A stretch of DNA of 63,905 nt, filler included, from Collodictyon triciliatum (lineage: Eukaryota): NCBI GenBank assembly GCA_043381765.1. It is 4 parts of 4 records of this genome, joined end to end, with 100 filler letters (N's around TTAATTAATTAA, not from the genome) between each part and the next. Parts side by side here need not be neighbours in the genome. Positions count along the whole stretch, not along the records: positions 10,422 to 33,084 come from JBHJMP010001141.1; positions 33,185 to 55,838 come from JBHJMP010001142.1; 2 more parts are not named here. The stretch is one strand, 5' to 3'. The translations under genes and the position numbers were made by a program. This document shows positions 31,740-45,782 of this stretch, one piece after another; within the stretch, counting starts at the first letter, position 1; the number at the start of each line of letters is the position of its first letter. The notes below the pieces were generated by a model. It was given only the letters and a program-made list of their open reading frames with translations, did no database searches and was not told where the DNA came from.

Positions 31740-32130
31740 CCAAATCAAATCAAACAAAACCAAACCAAACCAAATCAAATCAAATCAAATCAAATCAAAT
31801 CAAACCAAATCAAATCAAATCAAATCAAATCAAATCAAACCAAATCAAATCAAATCAAATCAAATCAAATCAAACCAAATCAAACCAAATCAAACCAAAT
31901 CAAACCAAATCAAACCAAATCAATTCAAATCAAATCAAACCAAACCAAACCAAATCAAATCAAATCAAATTAAATTAAATCAAATTAAATCAAATCAAAT
32001 CAAATCAAATCAAATCAAATCAAATCAAATCAAATCAAATCAAATCAAATCAAATCAAATCAAATCAACAACAAAGACCAAAAATGGAACAAACCAAACC
32101 AAATCAAATCAAATCAAATCAAACCACATC
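31740..32130. repeat. Pentanucleotide microsatellite (CAAAT/CAAAC)n
   Basis: Directly visible. Confidence 0.97.
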
Positions 32131-33084
32131 AAATCAACAACAAAGACAAAAATAGAGCAACAAAAAACAAGGAAATAGAACAAGGAAAAACGAGAAATAG
32201 GTAATAATACAAAGAAGCAGAAATTATAAGAGACAATGGATCTAAAATCGTAAAAAAATAATTCAGTCATGTGACCTGAGAAGAGCAATAAGACTAAAGT
32301 GATATTGAATCCACCAATATATCAAGAATAGTTTAGCATCATTTTTTTCTTGATAAAAGGTGATAGAGAGAATTTGAGGGCAAATATATAAAGTAAAGAA
32401 CTTGAATCAAACGACGTTCGTTGGGCGACCTCCTAAAAATGCAAAGGACTGCAGTGGTATAAATGATACTTGCCGAATGATACAAAACTAGCCTACAAAT
32501 GCAAAATGAACTTGAATTGCTCGATGATACATGGCCCAAGAACACACCAAAATTGTTGCGTGCTGGCGTGTTGTGAGTTTTTATTGCATCTTAGCATTAA
32601 AAAAGCAGCAAATAATCCATTATATTATAAAAATGGTATTAGGGTCTAAATACTTTACCTAGAGAAGCATATGATACAGCTTGGATTCGAATAGATAGAA
32701 ATGCGATAAACATTCTCTAATGGTATGTTTCTCCTTGTATTTTTATGTTGCTATCAAATTTTAGTTTAATTATGTTGTTAATCAACGTTGGAAAGTGCTA
32801 AGTTCAATTACCATTATTATTTCATAAGTGCACCAGCCTATAATTAACTCGCTACACTTAATATCCAAGATTTTCTGTTTAAAAATAAAAAATTATGACT
32901 AATCATTTTGTTTCATTCCTTGCGCGCTCATGTGGCATTCAGAAATTAGAAAGAAAAAACCCTAGGCTTTAAAAAAAACAATTTTTTTGTTTTTTTTTTG
33001 TTTTTTGTTTTTTTTTGTTTTTTTGTTTTTTTGTTTTTTTGTTTTTTTTGTTTTTTTGTTTTTTTGTTTTTTTGTTTTTTTGTT

Positions 33085-33184
33085 NNNNNNNNNNNNNNNN
33101 NNNNNNNNNNNNNNNNNNNNNNNNNNNNTTAATTAATTAANNNNNNNNNNNNNNNNNNNNNNNNNNNNNNNNNNNNNNNNNNNN
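33085..33184. other. Artificial contig spacer
   Basis: N44-TTAATTAATTAA-N44. Confidence 0.98.
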
Positions 33185-33300
33185 TTTATATTTCACTTTT
33201 TATATTTCACTTTTTATATTTCACTTTTTATATTTCACTTTTTATATTTCACTTTTTATATTTCACTTTTTATATTTCACTTTCTATATTTCACTTTTTT
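33185..33300. repeat. 15-nt tandem repeat (TTTTTATATTTCACT-like) at contig start
   Basis: Directly visible, about 7-8 copies. Confidence 0.9.
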
Positions 33301-33385
33301 ACTCTTTGCTTCCCCTCGACCCGTGATTGTCTCTTATTTGTTTGGTTTGACTTTTTTTTTTTTAGAGAAAGGAAAGGCCCTGCAA

Positions 33386-36050
33386 ATGTCCTCCCAAGGA
33401 ATCCTTCTTGTTCAAGGTCATTTGTGCTCATACCCCCTGATACTAAACCTAATAAGATTATCCATATTTTCTTTGCTTCACTTTTGTCTAAACTTGGCTC
33501 ATTTATTTTAGTTATTGGTGCAACCGGCCTGCCCCAGAAAGGTTTGTCTTACTGTCCCTCACTTGCTTTGCTCGATTAAAATGCTGCTTTCTCAATGACG
33601 CCAACTCTTGTCTATTTCCTTCAATGTGCGCTGCAGATGGAAAAATCCACTTTGTCGTTGGTGTGGAAAAGCAGCAGATCCGCTCAAAGACGCTCGCTGC
33701 CTCTGCCGACCCTCGCTTCGACCAGGAAATACGCTTCGACATTGGCCCATCTGCCAAGGAGCTGCTTCTGACTCTCTGGTGCGAGAAAGACTTCTTGGGC
33801 CAGTGCATCGTGCCTCTTTCTTCCGTCCGCCACCAAGTTTTATTTCTATTTCTATTTCTATTTCTATTTCTATTTCTATTTCTTTGTTTTATGTGTTTTC
33901 AGTCATAATATACCAGGATAGCACTCACCTGTTAAAGTGGCAATCTAGAAAGCTGTTGAAATGACCCAGATGCTGGAGCGGCGCAAGTGGCGCGTAGGAG
34001 AGCGCGTCCAGGGGAAGATTCAGCTTTCTATCCAGTTCAAAGAGACTGAAGTAAGTAATAAACCAAATTCTAAAGAAAAAGTGACGAGAAGGGGAGAAAT
34101 AGTTATTGTTGGTCTCCATAGTAACTTGAAATTTTGACACATACTTTGAATGTTGCAGGCCACTCGCAAGGTTGGGAAGGATGACTTTGAGATCCTTAAA
34201 GTACTGGGTCGTGGCGGTTTTGGAAAAGTAAGGCCATGAACCTATCAATAACCCTCAATCCACAAGAGTTTGTGCCATGGACCTCTCGTGCTATTCTATT
34301 TTATCTGCCAGCTACTTTCATGTATCAAAATGTCGCAAAACAGGTCGTGCAAGTGAGAAAGAAGGATACAGGAAGAGTGTACGCTATGAAAGCCATTAAG
34401 AAGGAGGACGTTATTGCCCGTAATGAAGTGGACCATACCATGGCCGAAAAGTCTGTCCTGGCTTCGATTAATCACCCGTAAGTTTCTACTCCTTGCTAAT
34501 CGAGCCGACGAGTATGCCTACCAAGCAAAAGCTTCTGTTTGTAGTCAGATATACTATGAAGTTTTAATTGTTAATGTGTAGCTTCATTGTAAACCTCCGC
34601 TATGCCTTTCAAACTGCCGATAAGCTTTATCTCGTTCTCGACTTTGTCAATGGCGGAGAGCTCTTTTACCACCTGCAACGTGAGAAACGCTTCACCGAAC
34701 CCCGTGCTAAATTCTATGGCGCTGAAATCACGCTTGCGCTGGAGTATCTCCACAAGCATAACATCGTGTACCGCGATCTGAAGCCAGAAAATCTTTTGTT
34801 AGACTCTTATGGTAATTTGGTGCTCTTTGTCTTTGGATATGGTATAGATATGAACGACCAAAACTTGATGTCTCAATGTTCTATTCACCTGCAGGACATA
34901 TCTGTATGACTGATTTTGGTCTGTGCAAGACGGGTCTTGGGTTCGGCGAAACGACCACTACCTTCTGCGGCTCCCTGGAATACCTGGGTAATTGTTTATC
35001 ATGCCCTCATAATAATGTATTCTTTAAGTGTGATATATATGTTCGAGGCAATCACATGTCTTGCAAAACTGGAATGGAATTTTTAACCATTCCTCTTTCT
35101 TTTTCTTTTTCTTTTTTTTTTCAATTTATTCGATTCTGAGACTAAAACGCTTCAATTATAACAGCCCCTGAAGTTCTTGACAGCTCATCTCAAGGATACA
35201 CGCAGTCTGTGGATTGGTGGTCTCTCGGAATCCTTTTGTTTGAGATGATGGCTGGTTTGGTTTGTGTTATTTCAATTTTGCTCGCTTACTTACTAGACCC
35301 GTAGGCAAGTTCTTTAACTTGATAAGTAGTAAAAGGGGTTCATGTTCTGCTAAATTTTCCTCTTGATTATTTTCTTTAAATAATAGTGATAATTATATTT
35401 GCGACTGTAACTGTAAAATTTAGCCTCCGTTTTACTCATCGGACCAAAACACCATGGCTCGCAAAATTCTTGAAGCTCCCCTTGAATTCCCGCCTCACTT
35501 CTCTGAAGATGCCAAGGACATCATTCGCAAAGTTTGTTTCTTCTCATCGATATAGCTTCGTTTTCTTGTCGTTGTCATCCTTATGCGACATTTGAATCTT
35601 TCTACGGACACAAGTGCAGAAGAGAAGACACTAATCGGTCAGCACACAACGAATAATTTTGTAGTTCTTGCAACGCAATCCGACAAAAAGACTTGCTGAT
35701 GGAGACCAAATCCGCGCACATGCGTTCTATCGTGACATCAACTGGGCCGAGCTTGAGCTTCGCCACCTGGAGCCTCCCTACGTCCCTGCTGTGGTATAGC
35801 TTCTTATGTTGCGATTATAAGGCAAACAAATCCTATTCTGAATGAACCACACGACCAAGCAAGGGATAAACGTGCTCTTTGCCTCTTGTTTTTTTCGCAG
35901 GCTTCCGAGAGCGATGTGAGCAACTTCGACCCAGAATTCACTCAGTCGTCCATCGCAGAGACTCCGGCGCAGGCAAGACTCGACCCCAACTTGCAGTCCA
36001 ACTTTGCTGGATTTACCTTTGAAGACACCTCTGTTCTCAGCAAAGAATAA
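33386..36050 (+). CDS. AGC kinase with N-terminal C2 domain (Ypk1/Gad8/SGK/Akt-like)
   Basis: C2-like N-terminus ([32 protein letters not shown]); [51 protein letters not shown]; turn motif NFDPEFT and hydrophobic motif FAGFTF. Confidence 0.95.
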
Positions 36051-37054
36051 ATCTTGCCGCTCTATTATAACCAACTCTTTCTGATTGACCTCATACGGCG
36101 TCTTTGAAAATGGTTGAGGCTCCAAATCCGTAATATGAAACAAGTGTCATTTGGCAAAGTGTTGTTCTGTCGACCAGTTTTCGGTTGTGGTTGAAGGCTA
36201 CCAGCAAGGTATGCGTCCAACTGCACTTACCTATGTTTGCAATTCATAAAATTATATCTAATATTATTTATTTCATTACTATAGACAGATTGCTGAAATA
36301 TAGAAGCTTATAAAATTTATTTATGATATTTTCCATAAATGAACAATTTCATTGAAAATTAGCTGTCTGTGGCTTGGCCATCATCCAAAAGAGGTAGGCG
36401 GACACAAACAAGTTGAGTCCTAAGCTCAAAGCTGCGCCACATGTCAAACACACCGCATCACGTGTATAAAAAAATAAATTTCCAAGCTTTGAGAGATTTG
36501 CTATGTTGCTTGTTGGGCGCAATTAAGATAGCATATTGGACAATGCGAACTGGAGCGGAGCAAATAAGAAAAGAAACAAAGGAGACGAAATCAATAAAAC
36601 AAAAACAAAAACGAAAACAAAAACAAAAACCAAGAGGCACACGCTTGAGCTTTCCGCTTGTGAGCCGCCAATAGATCCCACCATACGGCACAAATTCCTT
36701 TGTAGACATAAACACCTATGGTAATTCGTAACCAGGCTTGATCCTTTGTCGCGTGTGTGAAAACAAACAAACAAACAAAAAAAAAACAAAAAAAAAAAAG
36801 CTGGCACTGGGCTGTTGAAGGCGCACTGCCTGACGACCTCTACCTTTTTTTTTTATTAAAAAAACTTTACTTTCTTGACTTCTTGCGGGAAGCGGAACAA
36901 ACCCGGTTGGAAAACTCTGAGGTCGCCGTGCGCTTTAGACATAGAACCTTTAGAGCATACACTCTAGACGCCCGCCCGACCAAGCAGTCTCCCACCGCTC
37001 CTTCTCACCCACCCACCCAACCGAAACAACCCCAACGCAACAACAAGGCACAGA

Positions 37055-40000
37055 ATGTCCGACCCAACATCCATCGGTAAGCGCATTATATAACACCACC
37101 CTGAAACACCCACCCTTCATTACACGCCGCACTAGCCTTGAGAATCCCACCAGCCAACGCAAACAAAGCGACGCAACGGAACCATAGACACCTACTCACA
37201 CCCACTTATTATACGTGCATGTACATGCATTCTCACACACGCGCATGAATATAACGACGACACGATGAATCGCAGCCGAAATCGAGAGCAGGCCGTTCCC
37301 GTTCGACAGCCTGGCAGCCTTTGTGGCGCGACAGGGCGGGACGCGCGTGCTGCAGCGGATTCTGCTGTCCAACAACGGGATTGCGGCCGTGAAGTGCATG
37401 CGCTCGATCCGGCAGTGGAGCTTCCGCGTGTGCGGCAACGCGCGGGCCGTGGCGTTTATTGCGATGGTGACGCCGGACGACCTCGGAGGCAACGCAGAGT
37501 ACATCCGCCTGGCCGACGAGGTGGTCCACGTGGCCGGCGGCAGCAACGCCTTCAACTACGCAAACGTCGCCGCCATAGTTGCCGCCGCCCGTCAGACGCG
37601 CGCAGACGCCGTGTGGGCCGGCTGGGGCCACGCCAGTGAGAATCCGCTCCTGCCCACCCAGCTTGCCCGCCATGGCATCGTCTTCCTCGGCCCGGACGCG
37701 GGGCCCATGCGCGCCCTCGGCGACAAGATCATGAGCACACTCATTGCCCAGCACGCAGACGTCCCCACCATCCCCTGGAGCGGCTCCGGCCTCACTGTCG
37801 ACTGGCGCAGCACTCATGGGACAGCTGGTCCGGTTTATACATGTCACCTGTCACCTGTCATCACTTATCAATCATCTGTCATCTATCATCTGTCATCTAT
37901 CATCTGTCATCTATCATCTGTCATCTATCATCTGTCATCTGTCATCTGCCAAACTCATTAACCAGTCATCTGTCATCATACGCACAGACAGCGACACATC
38001 CAACCCAGAAATCGACGCCGTCTTTGCCAAAGCGTGCGTCCAGCCCGACGACCCGGACCTTGAGCAGACTGCCACGCGAGTTGGATACCCGCTGATGATC
38101 AAGGCGTCCGAGGGCGGTGGTGGCAAGGGCATCCGCAAGGTGACCAATGCCGAGGAGCTCCATGTGCAGCTGCGTCGCGTACAGGCCGAGGTTCCCGGCA
38201 GCCCCGTCTTTCTGATGCGGATGGCGTCGCAGTGCAGACACATCGAGGTCCAGCTGATTGCAGACCGCCACGGACAGGCCATCGCCCTCTCGGGTCGCGA
38301 CTGTTCCGTGCAGCGCCGCCACCAGAAGATCATCGAGGAAGGCCCGCCGCTCATCGACCAGGACGTCTTTCTGCGCATGCAGCGCGCGGCTGTTCGTCTG
38401 GCCCAGGAAGTCGGATACTCGGGCGCAGGAACCGTCGAGTATCTCTATGACGAAGGCACGGCCGATGAGACCGGAGCAGCCACGCCCCAGGCCTACTTCC
38501 TCGAGCTCAACCCACGCCTGCAGGTCGAGCATCCTGTCACGGAGATGGTGACCGGCGTCAATCTCCCTGCGGCCCAGCTGCAGGTTGCCATGGGAATCCG
38601 CCTCGACCGCATCCCGGACATCCGCCGCTTCTATGGACTCGAACCCTACGGTCTCGACTCTGTGCCCTTCTTTTCCACCCCAGACGCCCCCGGAGTTGCC
38701 TCTCTGACCCCGCAGATTCGCGGCCACTGCATCGCTGCTCGAATCACGGCAGAGAACCCCGAGAGAGGATTCCAGCCGTCCAACGGCTCCATCCACGAGC
38801 TGACCTTCCGCACAATCCCTAACGTATGGGGCTACTTCTCCGTCCCTGTCGGAGGCAAGCTGCATGACTATGCAGATTCTCAGTTCGGACACATCTTTGC
38901 CTGGGGCGACACCAGGGAGCAGGCTCGAAAGACCCTTGTTCTCTCCCTGCAAGACCTATCTCTCCGCGGCGAAATCTGGGACACTGTCTCATATCTCACC
39001 CTCCTCATCCAGCGAAAGGACTTTGCTGACTACAGAATTACCACACACTGGTTGGACGGAATCCTTGCTCAGCAGCAGCAGCAGCAGCAAAGCGAGAAGC
39101 CGCAGGCTGAGACTCCTTCTGCAGAGTCCCACAGTCTTTCAAAGACCCCGACTGATGACCCCGTCGATTCATTTACTGCTGTCGTCTGTGCTGCAGTCTA
39201 TCGTGCTTTCACTGACACTCGTGAGCGCCAACAAGAATTTATCGGTTATGTGGAGCGTGGCCAACTCCCGCCTCCTCATCTCACCGACGTGGTCTTCTCC
39301 TACGACCTTATCTACCGAGGCTCCAAGTTTCCGACCCGTGTTCTGCAAACTGGACAGACACGCTTTATTGTCCGTCTCCATGCAGAGGGAAATGCAGCTG
39401 AATGCGATGTGCGTCCTTTGCCTGACTCCGGTATCCTGGCTGTGGTTGATGGCCGTGCTCGTCGCCTGCATGGTCGCTCGGATGCTGCCACCGGCTTACG
39501 TCTCAAAATCGACTCACACACTTACCTCTTTACCAATGAGTACGACCCGGCTGTCCTTCGTGCCGCCCTCCCCGGGAAACTCGTCCGCTATCTTCAACCA
39601 GACGGTGCCCACGTAAAAGCTGGTGACGCCTTCGCTGAAGTGGAGGTGATGAAGATGTATTTGCCTCTAACCGTCTCTGAGTCTGGACACCTGCGCCTCA
39701 TCAAGGCAGAAGGCTCTGTCCTTGCTGCTGGTGATGTCATCGGAACCCTCCAATTGGACGACCCGTCCCGTGTTCGCCGTGCTGCATTGGTGAATTCGCC
39801 ACTCCCCCCGATGCGTCTTCCCCTCTATGATACGCACCCAACACTTGTCCATCGTTTCCGTGAGAAGCATACAATCCTCGTTCATCGCATTGCGGGATTC
39901 GCTCCTCCCCAGTCTGCACCAAACTCATCATCACCATCCTCAGCCACCTCGGATGTCGCTGACTTAATCCATCTGCTGGACAACCCAGCCCTGCCATCTT

Positions 40001-43000
40001 CCGACCTTCAAGACATCCTGTCTATCTTCGGAGGGAGAATCCCGAGCGCCCTACTGGAAAAATTACAGTTGCTGGATAAAAACTACAATGCGACTGTATC
40101 TGAAGTAGCTCAGCCAGCTAACAACGCACTATTTTCAGAGGAAGCACAACAAATTGCTGATTACATCGCCGAGGTTCGTTCATCCCTTCCTGAATCTGAC
40201 CGAACTGTCTATGATGCAGCCACCTCGGATTTGCGTTCTCTGAGCACTCGCTACCAAGGCGGACTTGGAGCACATAAAACACGGCTTCTCGTTGAGTTGC
40301 TGAGCCGATTCTTTGATGTAGAGTCTCGCTTTGACAGGGCAAAAGGAAGAGAAGACGTTTTGCACGAAGCTCGTGCCCGAAAGGAGTCTCCGACTCTTGT
40401 ATGGGATTTAACTCGTGCCCATCGACATGTCCAAACAATCATCCCAGTTATATTGGAAATATTGGAAGCCGTATCTCTCTCCCAGACCAACACAGCAGTA
40501 ACCTCTTGCATTACTGTGCTCGAGGGTATTGCTTCGCTTAAATCAAAATCTTGTGTTGATGTTGCCCGAGTATCCCGCCAGATTCTGATGATTGGGGCGC
40601 AGCCTTCTTTTACCGAGAGATTGGAATCTCTCCTATCCCAACTCAAGCGTATTGTTACCCTCGACGCAGACCCAGCATCACATCCAGATGGCCTTGAGCA
40701 TGCATCTCAGGAGCGTCAAGCAATCTTCTCCTCACTTATCCACCAGTCACACTCCTTCTTTGATTTGCTTATCAGTCTGATGACCGTAGACCAAGAACCG
40801 AAGCTGCTTCATCTTGTGTTTGAAGTTTACATCAAGCGTGCCTTCAGTGCTTACAAAATAACAAACTTCAAGGTGGAAACATATCACTGTTTTTTCTTTT
40901 TCTTTTTCTTTTTCTTTTTCTTTTTCTTTTCCTTTTCCTTTACCTTCACACATTAGCAGACTTTATTGTGATACTCATTATGATTCATTCAATCACTACA
41001 GTTCGAGAAAGATTCCGCTGGTTTCTATTATGCCACATGGAACTTCATTCTTCGTTCAAGCACGCAACGCGAACTTGTGGCTAGCTCTGGAGATTCATTA
41101 ACGACAATGGCAGCCCAGGTTTATATGAATTTTAACATCATTTCACAATCATGTCCTCTGTCCACATCGTTTGCCTCTGACTTTTCAGTCCTCATTATCC
41201 ATTCAGTTGTTCCCTTCTCTATCCTTTTTTTTTTTTTGAACAAAAAAGAATCCGGAAACGTCTTATTTTCTTATCTCAATTTGAATCTCTTCTGCATGAA
41301 ATTCACAGGCCGCCCCCGAAAGGATTGGACTGGCAGTGTTAGCTAAAACTTTGGAGCATCTTGCCCAGTTGTTCCCTCGCGTCATGGAAGTCTATGAGAA
41401 CCAGTTTCTCGAAGATGGTGCCGATTCAAACTCTTCCTTGTCGAATCGAAGCCGGGCTAGAGCCAGTAGTGATTCCTTGGACAATGTCAACATTCTGCAA
41501 TTCTTTTTGCAGACAGTCCCTGGAAACAAGGAAATTCCGAACCAGGCCGATGATATGTGCTCCTCATTCATTCACGGGTACAAGCAGCCGATGCTTTATG
41601 CAGGTATCCGCACCATCTCGCTGATTTTTGCCAAGGATGAATCATTCCCACAATATCGCACCTTCCGCCAAAGACTCGACTACAAGGAAGATATTCTCAT
41701 CCGCGACGTCGACCCGTCACTGGCATACCAGCTAGAGCTGAAGCGCCTCAATCGCTACGAAATCGAGCACATTCCTACCCACTTCCGCGCTATTCGCTTG
41801 TACTTTGGACAGCGTAAAACTGAAGTATCTGTGGTATCACCATCTGCTCGTCGAGGTGAAAAAGACACTCGATTCTTTGTGCGAGCCATAGTGCGATACG
41901 GCGACATCACCCGACCTATGGCTGAGTTGGTTCAAATGGAGCGTATTTTTGACGAGTCTCTCAAGGCTTTGGAGGTTGGTATCTCACTGCCAGCATACGA
42001 AACACAGGCCCCGGATTGCAACCACATCTTTATCAATGTCGTCCCTGATGTTCACCTGCAGCTCGCTGAAGTAGAAGAATATATTCGCAACATGATTGAT
42101 AGATACACAGCCAAAGTTATTAGTCTGAAAATTCATCAAATTGAAATCAAGATTACATTCGCCAAGAAAATCGGATTTGGTGCCCTAGCTGCGTCCACGC
42201 GCCGTGTGGTTTTCCTTGCAAACAACACATCTGGCTCTCTTCTCCGCCTTCACTCGTACGACGAGTACAAATCATCCGAGAATCCCACCACAGTCTTCCG
42301 GTCGATTGGAAGCGGTGATGTTGGCCCGTGGGAGAACACACCCATCTCTGAGCCGTACCCTGTCATCAGCACTCTGCAATTACGCCGCAGGCAAGCTCAA
42401 CTACAAGACACCACATACGTCTACGACTTCCCTGAGCTCTTTGAAGGGATTTTGTTGGATATCTGGGCAAAAGCACAATCGTCTGGTCTGCTTACTGCTG
42501 GGGCGGCTACTCCAAAGAAAGTATTGATAGTGAACGAGCTCATCCTGACACCCAATTCTTCACAGCTCAAGAGTGCTCAACGCCCACCCGGCGGAAATGA
42601 CATCGGCATGGTCGCCTGGAAGTTTGCCATGTTCACTCCAGAGTACCCGGAGGGACGCGAGGTCATTGTAATTGCAAACGACATTACCTTCCAGAGTGGT
42701 TCTTTTGGTCCCCAAGAAGACATGCTGTTCCTCCGTGCATCCGAGTATGCTAGAGCACAAGGATTACCCCGCATCTACCTTGCTGCAAATTCTGGTGCCC
42801 GCATCGGGCTTGCCAAAGAAGTCCAGGATATTTTCCGTATTGCTTGGACTGACCCCTTGGTGCCCAGCAAAGGATTCCGATACCTCTACCTGACACAAGA
42901 CGACCATGAGCGCTTGTCCAAGACCGGGTCAGTGAACTGCGAAAAGGTGGTTGAGGATGGAGAAACAAGATATCGCATCATTGATATCATCGGACTTACA

Positions 43001-44674
43001 GACGGACTGGGTGTCGAAAATCTGCGTGGGTCTGGAATGATAGCAGGGGAAACTTCACGGGCATACAAGGACATCTTTACGATTTCCTACGTCAGCGGGC
43101 GCTCTGTCGGTATTGGAGCATATTTAGTGAGGCTGGGGCAACGTGTCATTCAAAAGGCGACACATCCCATCATTCTGACCGGCGCCGAGGCACTGAATAA
43201 AGTGCTTGGGCGCGAAGTATATCACTCAAATGTGCAGCTCGGAGGCATTCGCATTATGTATCACAACGGAGTCACGCACCAAGTTGTCGAGTCTGATATC
43301 CAAGGAGTCACCGCCATACTCGAGTGGCTATCATTTGTCCCGCGTCGTCGAGGAGAACTCAAGCTGCCGCCTATTAGACCTTCCTCAGCTTCATCCAACG
43401 TTTCGGATGAAGCCTCCCTTGACAGCGTCGACCGTGACGTGGAATCTACCCCGTCCACAGTGCCATATGACCCAAGAGAGGTGTTGGACGGACACAACGA
43501 CGCACACGGCAAGTTTGTCAAGGGCTTCTTCGATAGAGGAACCTTTGTTGAGACAATGGCTGGCTGGGCAAAGACTGTGGTGGTCGGCCGAGCAAAACTC
43601 GGTGGTATTCCCGTGGGTGTGATTGCGGTGGAAACAAGAACTGTCGAGCACATCATCCCCGCTGACCCCGCAAATGTGCAAAGCAAAGAGGAGATTCTTC
43701 AACAGCCTGGACAGGTGTGGTTCCCAGACTCTGCGTACAAGACAGCGCAGGCCATTGAGGACTTTAACCGTGGGGAGCAGCTGCCCTTGATAATCTTTGC
43801 CAACTGGCGCGGCTTCTCTGCTGGCATGCGTGACATGTTTGACCAGGTCCTCAAGTTTGGAGCGTATATTGTGGACCAGCTGCGTGACTACCGCCAGCCC
43901 ATTATGGTCTACATCCCGCCTTACGGAGAGCTGCGAGGCGGGTCTTGGGTTGTGGTCGACCCGACCATCAATAGCGAGTACATGGAGATGTATGCAGACC
44001 CTCTTGCGCGGGGTGGAGTGCTCGAGCCTAGCGGCATCATTGCCATCAAGTACCGCCGCCCTGATATCATCAAAACCATGCGAAGACTGGACCCTCAGCT
44101 AGTGTCTTCATCTTCTGCATCCGCAGGCACACACGGCCTAGATGCAGAGTCTCAGAACAAACGCATCGAGGCATTGTATCCCGTTTACGAGCAGGCAGCC
44201 ACCACGTTTGCCGACCTGCATGACACCCCTGGCAGGATGAAGGCTAAGGGAGTAATCTCCGATGTCATCCCCTGGGCCCAGTCTCGGCGATTCTTTTACT
44301 GGCACCTTCGACGGCGCTTACTGGAAGAGCGAATCCGCAGACAATTGGCGACCGAATCCCCGGACATCCGCTACTCTGAGGTGAAGACCCTTGTTGCAAG
44401 TTGGTACCAGAGCAAGACTGCCCAGCGCGATGAGTCCTCTTCTGCTGCGCCATCTGCCGTGGTTGACAAAGACCTGGTGGAATGGATTGAGGCCAACCCG
44501 CAGGCCATCCAGCAGAAGGTGTCTGAGTACGTCGCGTCCAGAATAGCCCGTCGCGCCACCGAAATCTTCACCCGCCATCCAAACTCCTTCATCCAGGCTA
44601 TCGCGTCGCAGGCAGCAAACATCCCCGAAGACATCCGCGACCAAATCATACGCGCGCTCTCTGCTGGCAAGTAA
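37055..44674 (+). CDS. ACC1: Multifunctional (eukaryotic-type) acetyl-CoA carboxylase
   Basis: Biotin carboxylase ([41 protein letters not shown]), biotinylation site EVEVMKM, carboxyltransferase ([52 protein letters not shown]). Short first exon 37055-37076, five exons in total. Confidence 0.98.
37843..37978. repeat. Intronic 7-nt repeat (TCATCTG/TCATCTA)n in ACC intron 2
   Basis: Directly visible. It produces the spurious HLSSVIY translation. Confidence 0.9.
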
Positions 44675-45782
44675 GGCTGTGCCGAGCCTTTTGGCGCAAG
44701 TTCCGTATCGCCTCCCACAAAGGAACCCGCTATAGGGACACAGGAATTATTGCTTGGCTCTGGGGAGAATAAAAATGAAGACAAAACAGCGTCAATTTCA
44801 CCCTCGTCCAGATTTGTGATGTATTTTATGCGAAGCGAAAGTGGAATTTTTGGTACTAATTGAGAACGCAAGTTTATTCTTGAGAGAATGTTTCAAATGT
44901 GCAGCGCAGCACCGTGGTTTGATAAGGATGATAGGCTGAAATTTATATATTCCATAAGTGTTAATATCACAGCACAGCCACAAATGGTGAGCGATGTCCT
45001 TTTCCGTCCAAAATGCTTTGCTGGCAGTGGGGGGTACTATCCAAAAAACTGCCAGAATAGACCAAGGTAGATTGGAGGATATCCAAATAGGCTTTATGCC
45101 ACATCATCATTTCTGTCACACAGACCCGGAAGCCCAAGAGACGGCGCCGAGGCAGACAAGGCCACATGCCGACAAACCCGAGCGGCTGCGGCGTTTGGGC
45201 GTTCGAGGGCTCAAAGTGGATGCGCCAGCAAGTTGTGCGCGAGGGTTTGAGAATAGAGCAAATCGGTGTGGGTTTCTTCTGGATTTGTCATTTGGCAGGA
45301 GTGACCTGCACGCGCCCCAAACAAAGCAAACCGAAGCAGAAAGCAAAGCAAAGGCCAGAAGCGTGGCGGCTTCTCGGGAGCAGCGGATTCAACAAGGGAA
45401 GGGAGAAAAATGTATTTGAACCAGAGAAATAAAGGGGGAAAAAAAACCTGGACAAAAGCAAAGGCAGGTTCGGCACGGTCTAAAGAGTGGCTGAATGAAC
45501 GAATGTGGAAAGAGCGGGACTATTTGGGCCGCATCAAGACAGATGCGATTGTGATTAAGGAAGCGAGGCGTTACCGTGCGCATCGGCCTTCCTCTGTGAA
45601 CGAGGCTACTTTTCGACTGCTGCGCCTTCGCTCTTTGGGGATTCGGCACTTGTCAAATCTGATGAACAAACTCACAGAAGTAACAGCGACGCCATTCAAA
45701 CGCGATTCACGCGCAGCAGCGGCAGAGAAGAAGGCAGAAGCAGAGATTCAGTGTGCTTTCGCTTCCACCGCCCAGTGCGTCG

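Noticed and set aside
31638-32750. QIKSN-repeat ORF and nearby short exon-like fragments
   Set aside because: Microsatellite translation; the fragments contain stops and no recognisable domain.
36060-36945. Possible spliced minus-strand gene divergent from ACC
   Set aside because: Some splice-like signals, but I could not build a coherent protein.
37196-44871. Many antisense and alternate-frame ORFs over ACC
   Set aside because: Expected by-product of GC-rich coding sequence; no motifs.
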